A DNA stretch of 61,792 bases, the filler included, from Sphacelaria rigidula (taxonomy: Eukaryota), in the NCBI GenBank assembly GCA_964200075.2. It is 7 parts of 7 records of this genome, joined end to end, with 100 filler letters (N's around TTAATTAATTAA, not from the genome) between each part and the next. Parts side by side here need not be neighbours in the genome. Positions count along the whole stretch, not along the records: positions 1 to 8,744 come from CAXNAA020010217.1; positions 8,845 to 17,587 come from CAXNAA020010218.1; 5 more parts are not named here. One strand, given 5' to 3'. The translations under genes and the position numbers were made by a program. Of this stretch, positions 1 to 12,842 are shown one piece after another. Each line of letters begins with the position of its first letter. The first letter of the stretch is position 1. The notes under the pieces were generated by a model that made no database searches, was not told the DNA's origin, and saw nothing but the letters and a program-made list of their open reading frames with translations.

Positions 1-1091
1 GATGCGTGGTCAATGGTCAAACGACTAAGGCAAGCAACGAATGAGTACGCCCCCCCCCCGCCCTCTCGGGCGTTCTTGGACGGAACGGGATTTCGTGGGA
101 TGTGCTCCTGAGGCCTATGGGTGTTAGATTCCCTGGGTTGCACACTGTACAGTAGGAAGGAACGCGGCTTACAGTACAAGTGGCACTGCGCTGTACTAGT
201 GGTGGCGCTTTGCTGCCTTGTGGCACACTCGTATTTGCCGCCGCCTCGAGCTGGGCCCTTTACACCTCACTGTGACACGCTCATCCCTCTTGTCTCAGAT
301 GCAATTACTTGTTTTTTGCCACGTCGTCGACGGTTCCTCCACCTCTGCACGGATGAAACAAGTACAACACACGACACGACTGCCACTATGTGCGTGCCTG
401 GAATACATGTGGTCTAAGGCGACTGTACTTGCCGTCAAAACCCAGGGTCACTTTCAGCAAGCGGAGGTTGCTGCCCCTAAAAAGCGGCGTGACTCGCAGT
501 ACGGTACCAGTACCATTTTTTTATTGACGGACGAAACAGGCGTCCAGTCCAGACTGAGCGGGACCGTTGACTTGCTGACGGTGCAGCGAGCGGAGAAGGA
601 GCATGATACAGCCCACCGCGACTCATCTACGTGAGACGAATGGCCACAACGTGTACAACGCAGGGTGCTTGGGGGTATGTTGAAACTGCCGACAGTGGGG
701 TTCTTGCTGACAGTGCAAGGTCACCGCTACTATCCATCGTGCACGGTACAGCAACCTACGGCATAGTGCAGCACAGTTTATCTATCGGTTGGAACTTTGC
801 ACGCCGTAGTGTGTATGATGCAACGTTGCAAAGCTTCACACGCACAATGTGACGGGCTGCACTTGGGAGCTGGGAACGTCGAAAATGACGACTCACGGCA
901 CGACACTATTACGCTGCGACTGATTTTTTTATGACATGAACACGCTCGGGTACACTTCACCCGGAGCTCTATGATCAGAAAAACTGTCCCGACCGCACCA
1001 GGGTGACATTTTTTTAATGCGCGTGGCGTACTCCTGCAGATGTTCCTTGGGCAAACGATAGATTCGGGTATACTTGGATCCGGGTATGTAC

Positions 1092-1612
1092 GATGCGTTG
1101 TCATCCCATCTATTCTGGACGCCAGTCTACACCTTTCGGTACATGTGAGCACATTGGCCAGTGTCACACAGGAGGAAGGCCAAAACAGGACTTTTATCCT
1201 TTTTTTGTTTCAGTACTCCACCTTCCTTCCGCGGTGCCTGCCTTAGTTATTTATACCGAGAGAGGTCCAGCGGTCCGTTTCCCTCGTCGATATTGAGGTC
1301 GAATTTTGTGTGCCCACGACGTAGTCACTCTTCACTGTTAGGCATGGTATGGGAAAAAAACACAGATAGTGTGGCTCCACCGGGGTTCGAACCCATGATC
1401 CAACCGTCAGAACATTACACAGCCTGGAAAATATATGGTCAATAGATGCAATAGACGAAAAATGTAATGGGTCAACAGATGCAATAGACGGCTGACAATA
1501 GTGGCAATAGACCCATACTTTACTGAGTACATTTTACGTCTATTGCATCTATTGACCATATATCGTCCAGGGTGTGGAGGGTTACGAGGTTATCGACTGA
1601 GCCACCGGGGCG
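1092..1612 (-). mobile_element. tRNA-derived SINE, family A (interrupted by a MITE at about 1416-1576)
   Basis: Minus-strand head GCCCCGGTGGCTCAGTCG (A-box-like) and GGTTCGAACC (B-box); body shared with copies at 7245-7610, 17757-17916, 40607-40975 and 48560-48920. Confidence 0.85.
1416..1576. mobile_element. MITE, CACCCTGGAC-TIR family, inserted in a SINE head
   Basis: Ends acacagcctggaaaatatatggtcaatagatgcaatagacg and cgtctattgcatctattgaccatatatcgtccagggtgt are inverted repeats; the element splits sequence that is contiguous in the other SINE copies (ccgtcagaa|ggtt). Confidence 0.8.
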
Positions 1613-1619
1613 ATCGGTT

Positions 1620-3303
1620 ATCCGGGTACACTTGACCGTATTTCTGCCAGATCCAGGTACATAGTGTACGGGGTAGCATAAGCCGGCCAGATTTCCAATC
1701 ATGTAGTAGGCGGAAACCGCTTCATACCTGTTCATGGCGGGGAGCGCGCCAGGTATACCCGGGTGTTACCGTCTTTTTCTCCCAACCTATACCTGAATCT
1801 GTCAGAGCACCTGAACGTGGCGGGAAATTGTACGTTCACGTGCCGGATTCCAAGAGGATAAAGTGCCATATTTTAGCCCTACCAACAGTGGCAACACAAC
1901 GTGTGGTGGCACACGCTCGAGCTCTTTCCACAAAATGCACACGGTCAAGAAGACGACATGTGGTCCCATCCCTGAACGAAGTGCGACCCTTGTGTGTCGA
2001 CGTTCGGCCACCGACTTGGCCCGCGACACACAACTTACGGGCAGACAAAATGGGTGCGTAGCAAGTGCCAACAAAGAAGAGCCATGCACGTCAAGGCCCT
2101 GAAAGACCCGCGCACGCAAAAACGCCCATGGGCGATGGCAAGCCGTCGAGGCGGAGACATGCGTAGTAGAGAGCACTGATCGCTATAGTAGTACAGTAGG
2201 ACCGCTGTACTGTTATTGACGATAGGCGCTCGTACAGTGAGTGTACAACATGCGCACGTATGTAGGCCGACGGCACGGCGCAGCACAGTGCCATAAACCA
2301 GACAGTGACGCACACACAAAAACACCGATGACAACAGTGCACCGTATGGTACTGTGTGCACGGTGGGTGGAGAGCAGTACCAACCGTTGGGCCACGCGCC
2401 CCCCACCCCCTCCGTTAGTATCATGTTCGGTCTTCGCCGCCAGTTGTGGCCAAAACTGCTACACTTCACAATACAGACCAGGATTGGAGCGTAATAAGCA
2501 ATTTCCTTCAGAATCTATCTCCTCTGGTGTTGTGCCGTTCGATTCTGAGACAGTTCCATTGTGGGGCGAGACGACTCTGCGTTTGTCCTTTCGCCATCAG
2601 GACAGCCCTGGTCCGGTGTCATGTGTGCGCGTGTGATACGTGTGCAGTTCGTGCATCATACTGCCTGATGCTCGGCGCTGTGCTGCACCGTGCTGTCGGC
2701 ATACACACGCGCGCATGCTGTACTCTCACGGTACGAGCGCCTACTCTAGCAGGCAGTGCTGCTCACTGCGCATGTCTCCTGTTCGACGGCTCACCATCGC
2801 TCGTGATGTTCTGGCGTGCACGGCTTTTTCAGGGCGTTGGTGTACAGGACTCTTCTTTGTTGGCACTCGCTACGCACCCATTAGGTTTGTCCGTAAGCAT
2901 GGGATATCTGTCGCGGGCCACGTCGGTGTCTGGATGTCCGCAAGAAAGAGTCAAACTTCGTTCAGAGATCGGATCATATGCCGTCTTCTTGACCGGGTGC
3001 ATCTCATGGGAAGAGCTGAAGCGTGTACCACCATTGTCGTTCTGCCACTATTGGAAGGGCTGGAATACGGCATTTTTATCCCCCTGGAATCCGCAACATT
3101 TAGGTACAATTTCCGCCACATTCAGGTGCTCTGACAGATTCAGGTACAGGTTTCGGGGGGGAAGACGGAAGAGTCGGGTATACCTGGCGTGTTTCCCAAT
3201 AAGGCGGTTTGGGTCAAGAGCGTTTCTGGAAATCTGACCGCTATAGGCTACCCCGCACACGATGCACCTGGAGCTGGCGGGAATACGGCCAGGTATACCC
3301 GGA
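1620..3303. repeat. Long imperfect inverted repeat / foldback element (arms about 1620-2310 and 2640-3303)
   Basis: For example gtcagagcacctgaacgtggcgggaaattgtac (1801) matches the reverse complement of gtacaatttccgccacattcaggtgctctgac (about 3103-3135); homology is visible along both arms. Confidence 0.85.
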
Positions 3304-4487
3304 TCTGTCAAGTGTCCATTTTTCTGCGCGCTTCCGCCGAAGTGATGGTTGCACTCCGTCTCTTCTCTTGACATCCTTTCATGTTTTGAAAGTCTGTAAA
3401 CGGCGAGACTTCTGATTCGGGGGGAGGGGAGGCGAGAGTTTCAGAAGGGTTACCAGACACACGGTATCGTAGCGGTTGTTGGCACCGACATCACCGTTTG
3501 CTGTCACCAACTACAGTGCATAGTAGTACACAGGCCATTACTCGATGGATAATGACCCTTGTCCCTTAGCCTAACACTCGCACATGGCGCCAAACGGCCA
3601 AACCACCGATTCATGGTAATGAAACAATGAGCGTGGATCCTTTCAGTCCGCACACCCTGGAGTCGTGCCCTTCTTGTACGTGCCCTGTTGTGCCGAAGCT
3701 TCATCAACGAACGGGTTCAGCATCCACAACATCCGCCACGGAGCATATGTCCTCCTTGTGGAAAGACAGAGCACAAAGTCACCAACGAAATCTGCATGAA
3801 TCCAAAGTCCCGTTCTCTAAGGGCCTTTGTATCGGGAAAACACCCGTGTCAGGCTGGAATTGCTGCGAACGTGTTCACTTTCACCTGATTACAGTTGGCG
3901 TAGGACAGGTCCCCCGCGTGCAAAACAACCGCGATCGGAGTTTTGTGCGCCAAGACGGATGACAGAGTCTCCCTGCGTGAAAAGGGCAGGGGTTACCCGA
4001 ACGGCAGACCATCACAAAACAGCAAACCCAACAAACGGACGAAACGATGAACGTGTCTTCGGGTCTCTGGTCAACCGACCACACCGTATTGGGGATGTCT
4101 ATCTTCGCCACGTACACGGCCCGACCGGTTGAGTTCGAATTCGTCGCGACTGCATGCATGACCACCTCGCCGGGAAGCAAGGTCAAGAAACCACTCCGAT
4201 GTCGCCGGCGAGTTAGTTCCATGAGCAAAACTTGAACGTCAACGACATATTATTTCTGGCTGGAGAGATTTTTCGTGTATAGACGTCGGGTACATATCTA
4301 TTTCTGTCACCACGCCTGTACTCGTAGAAGATCAATTATCAATGTTAATGTGACGCAACCAATCCGCCAATTAATATCGCTGGCTGACAAATGCTCATAC
4401 GGAGTATTTCTATCCCACCCCCGAGTACCGACGTTCCCGTCTGTCGCCCGTTGTATGAGGGTGTGCGCGGCGAGTCTACCTACTCAC

Positions 4488-4716
4488 ATGGAATCATTGG
4501 TCTGCCCGAGGTCACCCAAGACCCCAATGGTGACGGCTTGATCGAGCCCGACCATTGCAGGAGTCTGGAAGTCGCGAACGGCGCTGAGGCCGAGGTCGAC
4601 ATCGCCGCAGGTGTAGAAGTACGTGGTGGACGGGTCTAGGTCGGTCATCGTAGCCGTGTGCAGTATGCCGCTGTGGTAAGGATCCGCGCCGATGTTGACG
4701 TGGTGCGTCGTGTAGT
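4488..4716 (-). CDS. Purple acid phosphatase, internal exon (FN3-like N-domain end plus first metallophosphoesterase motif)
   Basis: cag/GTGAGT-bounded exon encoding YHSGILHTATMTDLDPSTTYFYTCGD...FQTPA...IGVLGDLGQTNDS, typical of PAPs; other exons not identified. Confidence 0.85.
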
Positions 4717-5204
4717 CTGTTTTGTTGGTGCGGGCACGCATGAGTTTAAAGTTTGCAGCGAACACGCGAGAGGTTGTGGTCGCGTGAGCTCTTTGCTTCG
4801 TGAGCAAGCAGGTAGGAATGGTGAGCTCTGCCTGCATTCACGCATTTCATCAGAGATATGTGCTCGCTCGCCATCGCTCGAGTTGGGGGGCACCTGAAGC
4901 GTGACACACGATGATGCTGTGGTAGCGCGCGGTGTGCAAACTCAAAATGTACACACTACATATATTAACGGCCGTAATCTTGCGTATCACATTCCATGTG
5001 TAAGCCTGACGTAGTTTAATTGTCCTCTCCGGAATTCGCCTCAAAGGAATAGCTACCGTATGCACGTTAGATGTTCCCTTGTTTGTCGTCAGCCGTCAAG
5101 ATCCGGGGCTGGTACAGTACCCTGTGTAGTGATCAACACGGTGCGGCGAACGATGGCCGTTTCGGCACGTTTTCCATAGGAACGATCATTTGTGTATAGC
5201 CGTT

Positions 5205-6410
5205 GACATCTGCTCAGGGCGTGTCTTGGCACTTTTTTTTCGATCGAAAAAGTGCGGTCGATTTTTTTTTTTTTCCGATCTGATAGGTCCACCGCATTTA
5301 TGTCCCTAGGAGGCTTCAACTCAGAACTAAAGTTAGCGACGTGCGGAGAAAAACTATTTGAGACAAAAACATAATCCTTTTCGATCGAAAATATGCGGTC
5401 AAAAGGCACGAAGCGGCACTTGACTTCTACCTTACAGACCACCACGCCAGACAACACCTCTTCACAAGACCATTTTCAGCCACCACCGCAACCCGGCAGC
5501 ATAGAGCACGAGATGAGCCCAAGGATGGATACACTGCTGTAGTTGGGTATGCTTTGTTTATAACTGTTGGCGAAAACTTGCGCATCTCCTTTCATGGTAC
5601 GGATCAGAGACGGAACTGCAACCGAGTTGCGTGCACGCTCATGGATAGTGCAGGCGGTACAATGCTGCACGCTGTTGGAGTCGTTTTCACATCGCATTGT
5701 AAGCAGAGAGAACTCATAGTCCTGGGATATCTGCACTGCACGTTGCCCGCTTCTCTTTTATATCCTCCTGTATATATATATAGATATATGTGTGTGTATA
5801 GATTGCTCTGCTTTGCATCGCGCTTCCAATTTTTTTTTTCTTTTCCTTTGTTATGATGGAAAAGGAGCACAATGAGAAACCATACGCCGTTCTAATCTAG
5901 CAAGCTATAGGGTGAGAAACGAGTGATACCGAGACGGTAAACCAGCACACGAACAGACCAGGACTTCAAGGAGGGCGGCAGTCACGCGCAAGGGGGTATG
6001 GGTATTGTCGCAGGTCGAAACGCGGACCGCCTTCCGCACGAGAAGAAGAAGCAATACAGGGGGAAACAGTTGATACGTACTGTTGTACTCGTGCTTGAAA
6101 TGCTATGTAAGGCAGCGTCCAGTACAGGGGAAAACAACTGATATGTACTGTACTCGTACTGAAAATGCTATGTGGGAAACAAAACACGCACACACGCACT
6201 CAAGACATTTGCTGACAAGCAGTACAGACAGTACAGACTCTCTGTACTAAACACGAGTGACCATGTACCGTTTCCCGAATTTCAGTCTTTTTTTGATCGA
6301 AAGCTTAAAAATTCGCTTCAACACAACTCGAAAAAAATGAGTGAATCTTGCTGAATTCGATTCCATTGCCCCATTTTTTCGATCGAAAAAAAAGTGCCAA
6401 GACACACCGT
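5205..6410. repeat. Degenerate inverted repeat pair rich in TTCGATCGAAAAA motifs
   Basis: gtgtcttggcactttttttttcgatcgaaaaa (5221) versus ttttttcgatcgaaaaaaaagtgccaagacac (about 6374). Confidence 0.55.
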
Positions 6411-7244
6411 CACAGCGGCAAAATTCAGAGTTCTCTGACGTACCGCTTGCTTTCCGTGTTACCCTTGGGTACGCCGGCTTATCCCGCGAAAAAAATGAAC
6501 AACAGACCATTTCGACGGGAGATGAAAGCAAACGACCGCGTCAAGATGCTGCACTGTCGCTGATCGCGATTGTTTCCGTTCGATCGAACCCTTGGAGCCC
6601 GGGGCTCACCGACGACGACAAGCACATTCTGCTGGTTCGCCGTTAGTGAGGAAAATGACTTGTGTCACTACACCCAACCACACTCGCGAATTATGATGTG
6701 CAAACAGTGCAGGTCAGATCTCATATCGGCCACGAGAAGCAGTGCAGGACACCATAGCATAGCACAGCACAGCACAGCACAGCATAACACCGCACAGTGT
6801 AGTCCGGTGACTGTCTGTGTGCGGACTTTTCACCGCTATGAGTTACTCCCAGTACGATGCCAAGGCAGCAGCAACGTGTACCGGGCGGCCTTGAGTAAAA
6901 CAAATCATGGACAAACAACGAGCAAGCGAAGATATGTATGTGCCATCCGAATCCATGTGTTTCAAACTAGAATTTTCTAGTGTGTGGTGGTAAATTTGGC
7001 GGCGTCTTCTCCCGACCACACCCCTGCCAGTCGTGACCGGAGGGGTTTCGTAGGAGTGGTGGCCGATGCACTTATTGTTGAGCCACTTCGTCACTGCGCG
7101 GGCGCGGTCCCTCCTCCTCCCCGACTGCTCGTTTTTCGTCTCTTGATCCGGATGTCTACGTGCGGAGGCGGTCGGGCGTTCCGGAAAACTGGCGGCGGTT
7201 GGAGGATGCTGGGGATTACGGAATGATCTACTGTTGTTGTTGTC

Positions 7245-7610
7245 TTGTCTTGTCTTGTGGTCCCATCTATCCTGGACGCCGGTCTACACCTTTCGGTATA
7301 TGTCAGCGCACCAGGCGGGGTCACACAGGAGGAAGGCCAACACAGGAGTTCACAGGATTTTTTTTTTCCAACTGTTTGTTCTTCATTTTTCACCTTCCTT
7401 CTGCGGTGCTTGCTTTTTATTTTTTATCGCGAGAGTGGTTCAGCAGTCCCTTTCCCTCGTCGATCATTAAGTCGAATGTTGGGTACCCACGACATAGTCG
7501 CCCTCCACTGTTGGGCATTGTGTGAGAGAAATCCAAGATTGCTCCGAGAATCAAACCCACGACCCAACTGTCAGGAGGTTTCGAGGTTACCAACTGAGCC
7601 ACCGGGGCGG
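7245..7610 (-). mobile_element. tRNA-derived SINE, family A
   Basis: Head GCCCCGGTGGCTCAGTTGG on the minus strand, conserved body, (GACAA)n/(CAA)n tail. Confidence 0.85.
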
Positions 7611-7789
7611 CCGGTACTCCGGAGTAAATATTAAAATCAAATGTCAAAACTCGCAGATGATTATATTTTAAAAACAACGGATTTTGCCCCACCCCCTCCC
7701 CTCGTCGGGTACTTGTGTCAAAGGTGTTGAACTTGGATTCGGGCTACGAGCCCGTGTTGGAGGCATTGTTAAGTGTCGGCGAGCCAGCA

Positions 7790-8744
7790 GAAGAACTAAA
7801 AGGAACCAGACCCCCCACGAGTACTAGGATTGGGATACCCCAGTACGTTGAAGATATCCAACCAATACAATGAAAATGAACAAGCTGGAGATTCTCTCGA
7901 AGGAGATCGAGAGAGAGAGATGGTAAGGAAGGGTGGATGGCGGAGAAAAGATTGGTCGGGTAAGGTACTAGTAATGCTGGTATGTGAACTTCGTAGCGAC
8001 ATGACGAGAATAGAGTTAAAAAAAAAAAAGCGATAAAGTCGGATTATACTGTTTGGCAACAGGACAAGTAGAAAAGGAGGGAAAACACTTCCGAGTCACG
8101 CTGAAACAGGGAGCGAGCGAGGAGTGGGAAAGGATAGAAACAAGTGAGTTATCGGCATGGGTTGGAAGGGTAGGATGGAGAGTATGCATTGCTAACGGAA
8201 TGACAAGCCTAAGGCGTAGCGCACGGGTAAACGGGGGGGAAGAGAGGCAGGAACACTTAAATGCCCGGAAGGGAAAGGAGAGGGAACACAGCGCCCCGAA
8301 GCAAGTGGACGAAGTCGAAACCGGGAAGGGGCAGAACAATCAAACAAGGGGAAGTAGAAGTAAGAGACACGGGAAGAGGATAGGAGACAACAAGAGAGCA
8401 GATAATCATTCGGAGAGGAAGTTGAGAATAGGATCGTGAAACGTGTGTGGATTCACCACAGACAAACGCAAACTAGAAGAGATAGCGCCACCAGTGAGTG
8501 AATACGACCTAGATATGGTAGGGATCCAAGAGTCATGGGAGAAAGAGGGGGTAAAAATAAATTGCAAAGTTGAAGAGTACGCATGAATAGGGAAGAAGCG
8601 GAAGGGACAGAAGGACAAGGGCAGGGGACCGGGTGGAGTAGAGGTTTTAGTCAAGGAATACCTGTGTGACATTATAGAAGTGATCGATGACACGAAATTG
8701 GAGGAGAACATATGGATAAGGGTGCCAGGAGAGCGGGGAACGAA
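7790..8744 (+). pseudogene. Degenerate non-LTR retrotransposon (LINE) 5' region with APE endonuclease start, cut by the contig end
   Basis: From about 8419: KLRIGS*NVCGF...DMVGIQESWEK...GGVEVLVKE, the APE endonuclease motifs, with two in-frame TGA stops. Confidence 0.8.
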
Positions 8745-8844
8745 NNNNNNNNNNNNNNNNNNNNNNNNNNNNNNNNNNNNNNNNNNNNTTAATTAATTAA
8801 NNNNNNNNNNNNNNNNNNNNNNNNNNNNNNNNNNNNNNNNNNNN
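8745..8844. other. Artificial contig spacer (44 N + TTAATTAATTAA + 44 N); identical spacers at 17588-17687, 26430-26529, 35272-35371, 44113-44212, 52953-53052
   Basis: Six identical 100-nt spacers with a six-frame stop linker; the intervening contigs decrease in length from 8744 to 8740 bp. Confidence 0.98.
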
Positions 8845-9081
8845 GTGCGTGGGTCCCCTCTCGAAAGGGGGCGCGGCACAAAAACACAATTACCAAAACG
8901 CAAAAAAACAATGGGCCCGCCCCCCCCCCCCCCCCCCCCCCTCCAGATCAATGGTCTTATGACTATGCACGATCATGAGTACACCCTCCCCATGAGTACA
9001 CCCTCCCTCCCCCCGCCATTTGAGCCCTGCGCTTCTCCCCGTAAGCGCTAAGCTCGCACGCCGGGCAGTCAGATAACCAAC

Positions 9082-9688
9082 CTGATTGAAGTAATCCATG
9101 AAGATCTTCGCCGTGATGAAGGGCTCGTCGAACTTGGAGCAGAGCTCGCTCTGGACGACCGGGTCGCAGAGAATCTCCGCCAATTTGTACACCTTCTCCA
9201 CCAGGTCACGGACTTCGTGCCTACCCTTCTCGTCGAGGACGGCGATGCGGAGCTGTCTGCTGGCAGATACTGTCGAGGCCCACAGCCTCTGGCTGTAGGC
9301 GCCGAGGAGCACCTGTTCATTGAATACGTTTTGTATAGAGAAGTGGCAGCAGTGATGGATGGGTGGACGTTGTTTTTTTTCTTCTACGAGCGGTTTCGCT
9401 GGATGTGTAGACCAGGAACATGTGTGCACGAGCAAGCAACACGCGGATGACAACAAGGAAAGAAACACACACACACAAGACACCAAAACGTGACACGAAA
9501 ATAAATGTCATTCGACACGTCAGTTTCACATGCAAAACATCTACCGGATTTTTTTTTCTATTTCCCCCCATTATAAGTATTGTCGACAGCACCAACACTC
9601 ACACCAACACAAACGCCCGACATTACTTTGCCCATTCTCGATAACAATCCTCAGCAACAACCACAACAGCAGCAGCAGCAGCAGCAGC

Positions 9689-9726
<38 letters not shown>

Positions 9727-10391
9727 GGTACTTACGTGCTTGACGTTCTTCATCTTCTCTCCCGCGGTAGGCACCATAATGCACACGGTAGCCTCATTCG
9801 CCACATTAGAGTCGATCTCTACAAGGTCGTCCATGGCGCAGAGATCCCGTATAGACGGGAAGGAGCGTTGCAGATGTGACGTCCAGACACCGCACGTAAG
9901 GATGACCTCGCCGGCGAAAAACAGCCAGTTCCAAACAGGGCTGAGACGCGAAAAATGGCGCGGCAGGAAGTGGAAACAGGAGACGGTGGGAATTGACGAA
10001 ACAAATTGAGGCATCTGGGTGATTGGCGACAAAATCTACACCAAAGAGGAGGAGGAGATTAGGTGGTTGCGGTTGGTGGTGGCCACTGTGCAGGAGAAAT
10101 GGCGGGGGGTGGAGTTCACCACCGAGGTGATTCGACCATTTCTGTAGGGCACACACGAGGATTTTGCATTTCGTCGTCATGTAATGTAATTAATTCGTCA
10201 CGCAAAAAAAATGTCAATACAACACATCACATTTCAGCAAAATAAGGAACGGAAGCTCAAGACCTTACGCCCTACACAGAAATAGTCAACGTCATAATGA
10301 TAATAATAATGATAATAATAATGATAAATGATAATAATGATAAGAATGATAATAATGATAATAATGATAATAATGATAATAAATAATAATC

Positions 10392-10436
<45 letters not shown>

Positions 10437-12811
10437 TCCAAAGAAAGCGCATAGGAAACATAAAAAGCAGAGGACTCGAAAAAGACAAGACAAGACACCA
10501 AAAGCAGAAAAATAATAATGACAATAGAGAGAGAGAGATTTGAACGAATGAGAGAGGATGAGTCTTCATTTCTTCATTTTTCTTCTCCTTGTGGAACCCA
10601 CCTCACTGGATCGTCGGGCATGGAACGTACGGCACGCCACCACAGATACGCGGCCCCCGAAATAACGTTGAGTATCGCACTGATCTTGATCCACACATGA
10701 GTAGGGTGCCGTCCTATCTTCGCCGGATCCGGCGACTTTCCGTTGGCGAACCGCTTGGTGCTCTTTGCGCTGAACCCTGCCCTGGCGGCCCCTTGCCTTC
10801 GGGTGGGCGCTGCGGCCATTTCAGGCGCGTCCTTTGTGGGGATCGAGCTGCTCATGTACAACGACAGTTAAACCACACAACACAGAAAACGGTAGAAGTT
10901 TGAAATAAAAAAAATTGACTTGATTCATTACATTTAATAACAGAAATCATGGATCCACCCGTGGTCGCAGGCAGCATGAACGTAACAAAACAAAAAGGAA
11001 ACACTCTTGTCGAAAAAAAGAAAGGAAAAAAGGAAAAACAAAAAAAAAGAAAAAAGACAAAAAAATATACATATATGTATATAGAACAAACACCAAGTGT
11101 ACAAAAATCTTGAAAAATAATCATTTGGCTGCGTCGAACTGATGAACGAACCAAATCTTGTGGTGAGATGTGAGTAAGGTGGGACATACCTGAAGCAGCA
11201 CATGCGTGCGGCGAAGGAGAACACGATGAGGGGGTACACCCAATAGCACACCCATGACAAGAGGCCAGTTAATGTCTCGGCGCAGGTGTACCCGAACTGT
11301 GCCTGTTGTATCCCGGCATTTTTCACCAGTAACAAATACGGTACAAGGAGATCGGCGGAACGCGAGGCCAAACAGAACGCAAGCGAGCGAGAGGTGAAAG
11401 GTAAGTGTATGCGCACAAAAGCAGTGAACATCTGATGGGCACACGCTTTCACGTTTTGCAAAAAAAAAAACACATTTCCTGTTCATTTCTCCGCAAAACG
11501 CACACATCAAAATGAAACACAAAACTTGGTGACAAAACGAACCGATCCGATCCATCCATCGATCTACTCGGAAGTAGTGATGACATTTCCAGGTATTCAA
11601 AGTACACACAAAAAAAAACTTGAGTTTAAATATTTACACTTCACAAAACATGTCAAAAAGTGTTACAAAAGAAGGCAAAATCAAAGCTACGACCTGATGT
11701 TCTCCGTCATCAAGACTTGCGCCGTACAATAATATCCGGACTGTGTTGTTGAAGAATGGTTCATACACAAACATGAAAGCAATCATGCAAAATAACAGAG
11801 CCAAGGTGCAATACACACACAAAAACACACAAAAAAAAACAGAGAAGAGGTTAGAAAAAAAAACGAGAGAAAAAAGGGGGAAAAAAACACTCACATGGAA
11901 GATGGCGAAGAATTTCTCCGTCACGGTACGCTCCTCGCCATCATCGCCGATGTCGCAGCAGTCACAAATGTCGAAAATCGTGCTGCCATCGGAGTCGGAT
12001 AGCACGTCCTGTTTGTATCGAGTGTATGCGGATTGAAGAATAAATCATTATCCAGCACCGCACCCGCAAAAAAAAAACAGTAGGAAGGAACAAATGAGAC
12101 ATGTTGGAGGGAGAAAGATACGCCGCAACATTCGAGATTTCAGTCGTTATTACAGATCACGTGTGTTTCATTCAGGGTTACTCTTTGAACACTCGCTTGG
12201 GTTCGGCGCGCTTGGTTTTTGGGTTTGGAACAGACAGGGTGGGCAAATATTAAAATAAATAAATAAACGTATTGTAAGGTCACACTTGGTGTGGGAACCA
12301 GGGGAAGGAATGGATATGAGCAACATGTAACACACAGGCCGGTAGTCATTCGTGAGCGCCTTCTGCTGAGATATACACTGTAGACAAACACAAATGCACG
12401 TATATGCTACAGTAGTTGCAATGTTAGTGGGAAGACAAGAGAAAAATGACGAGACCTATATACCACACAACGGGAGATATAAAAGAAAAAAAGACGGCAG
12501 GAATATCTACATGTATATGACCCAATTCTTGAAAAACAGGTCAACAACGAAGCGAAGGAGAAGTGAAAATGTACCTTAATGCCGATAACCCCCATCTTGA
12601 ACAGTCCCGCGCAGCACAAAAACACGACGAACGCTGAAATCCCGAGACATATCGAAGCGAAGACGGATTTCCTGCATCGTGCGAACAAAAAAAGGAGGGG
12701 GGGGGGGGGAATCGTCACGTCAGAAATAACATCTGCAACGCGTAAAATGTTAAACGTAGCTACCAAGCGGCTCTGATGCCAAGTCCAGGGCGGAATGCTT
12801 ATTCAGTCACG

Positions 12812-12842
<31 letters not shown>

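Noticed and set aside
1802-3237. Overlapping 120-260 aa ORFs
   Set aside because: They lie in inverted-repeat arms and have no recognisable motifs or splice structure.
8430-8590. TGA at two expected Trp positions, suggesting an alternative genetic code
   Set aside because: The sister copy near 31080 has TGG at the first site and host genes use TGG for Trp; these are decay mutations.
9530-10543. PolyQ, polyN, polyL and polyY ORFs
   Set aside because: They are translations of intronic microsatellites.
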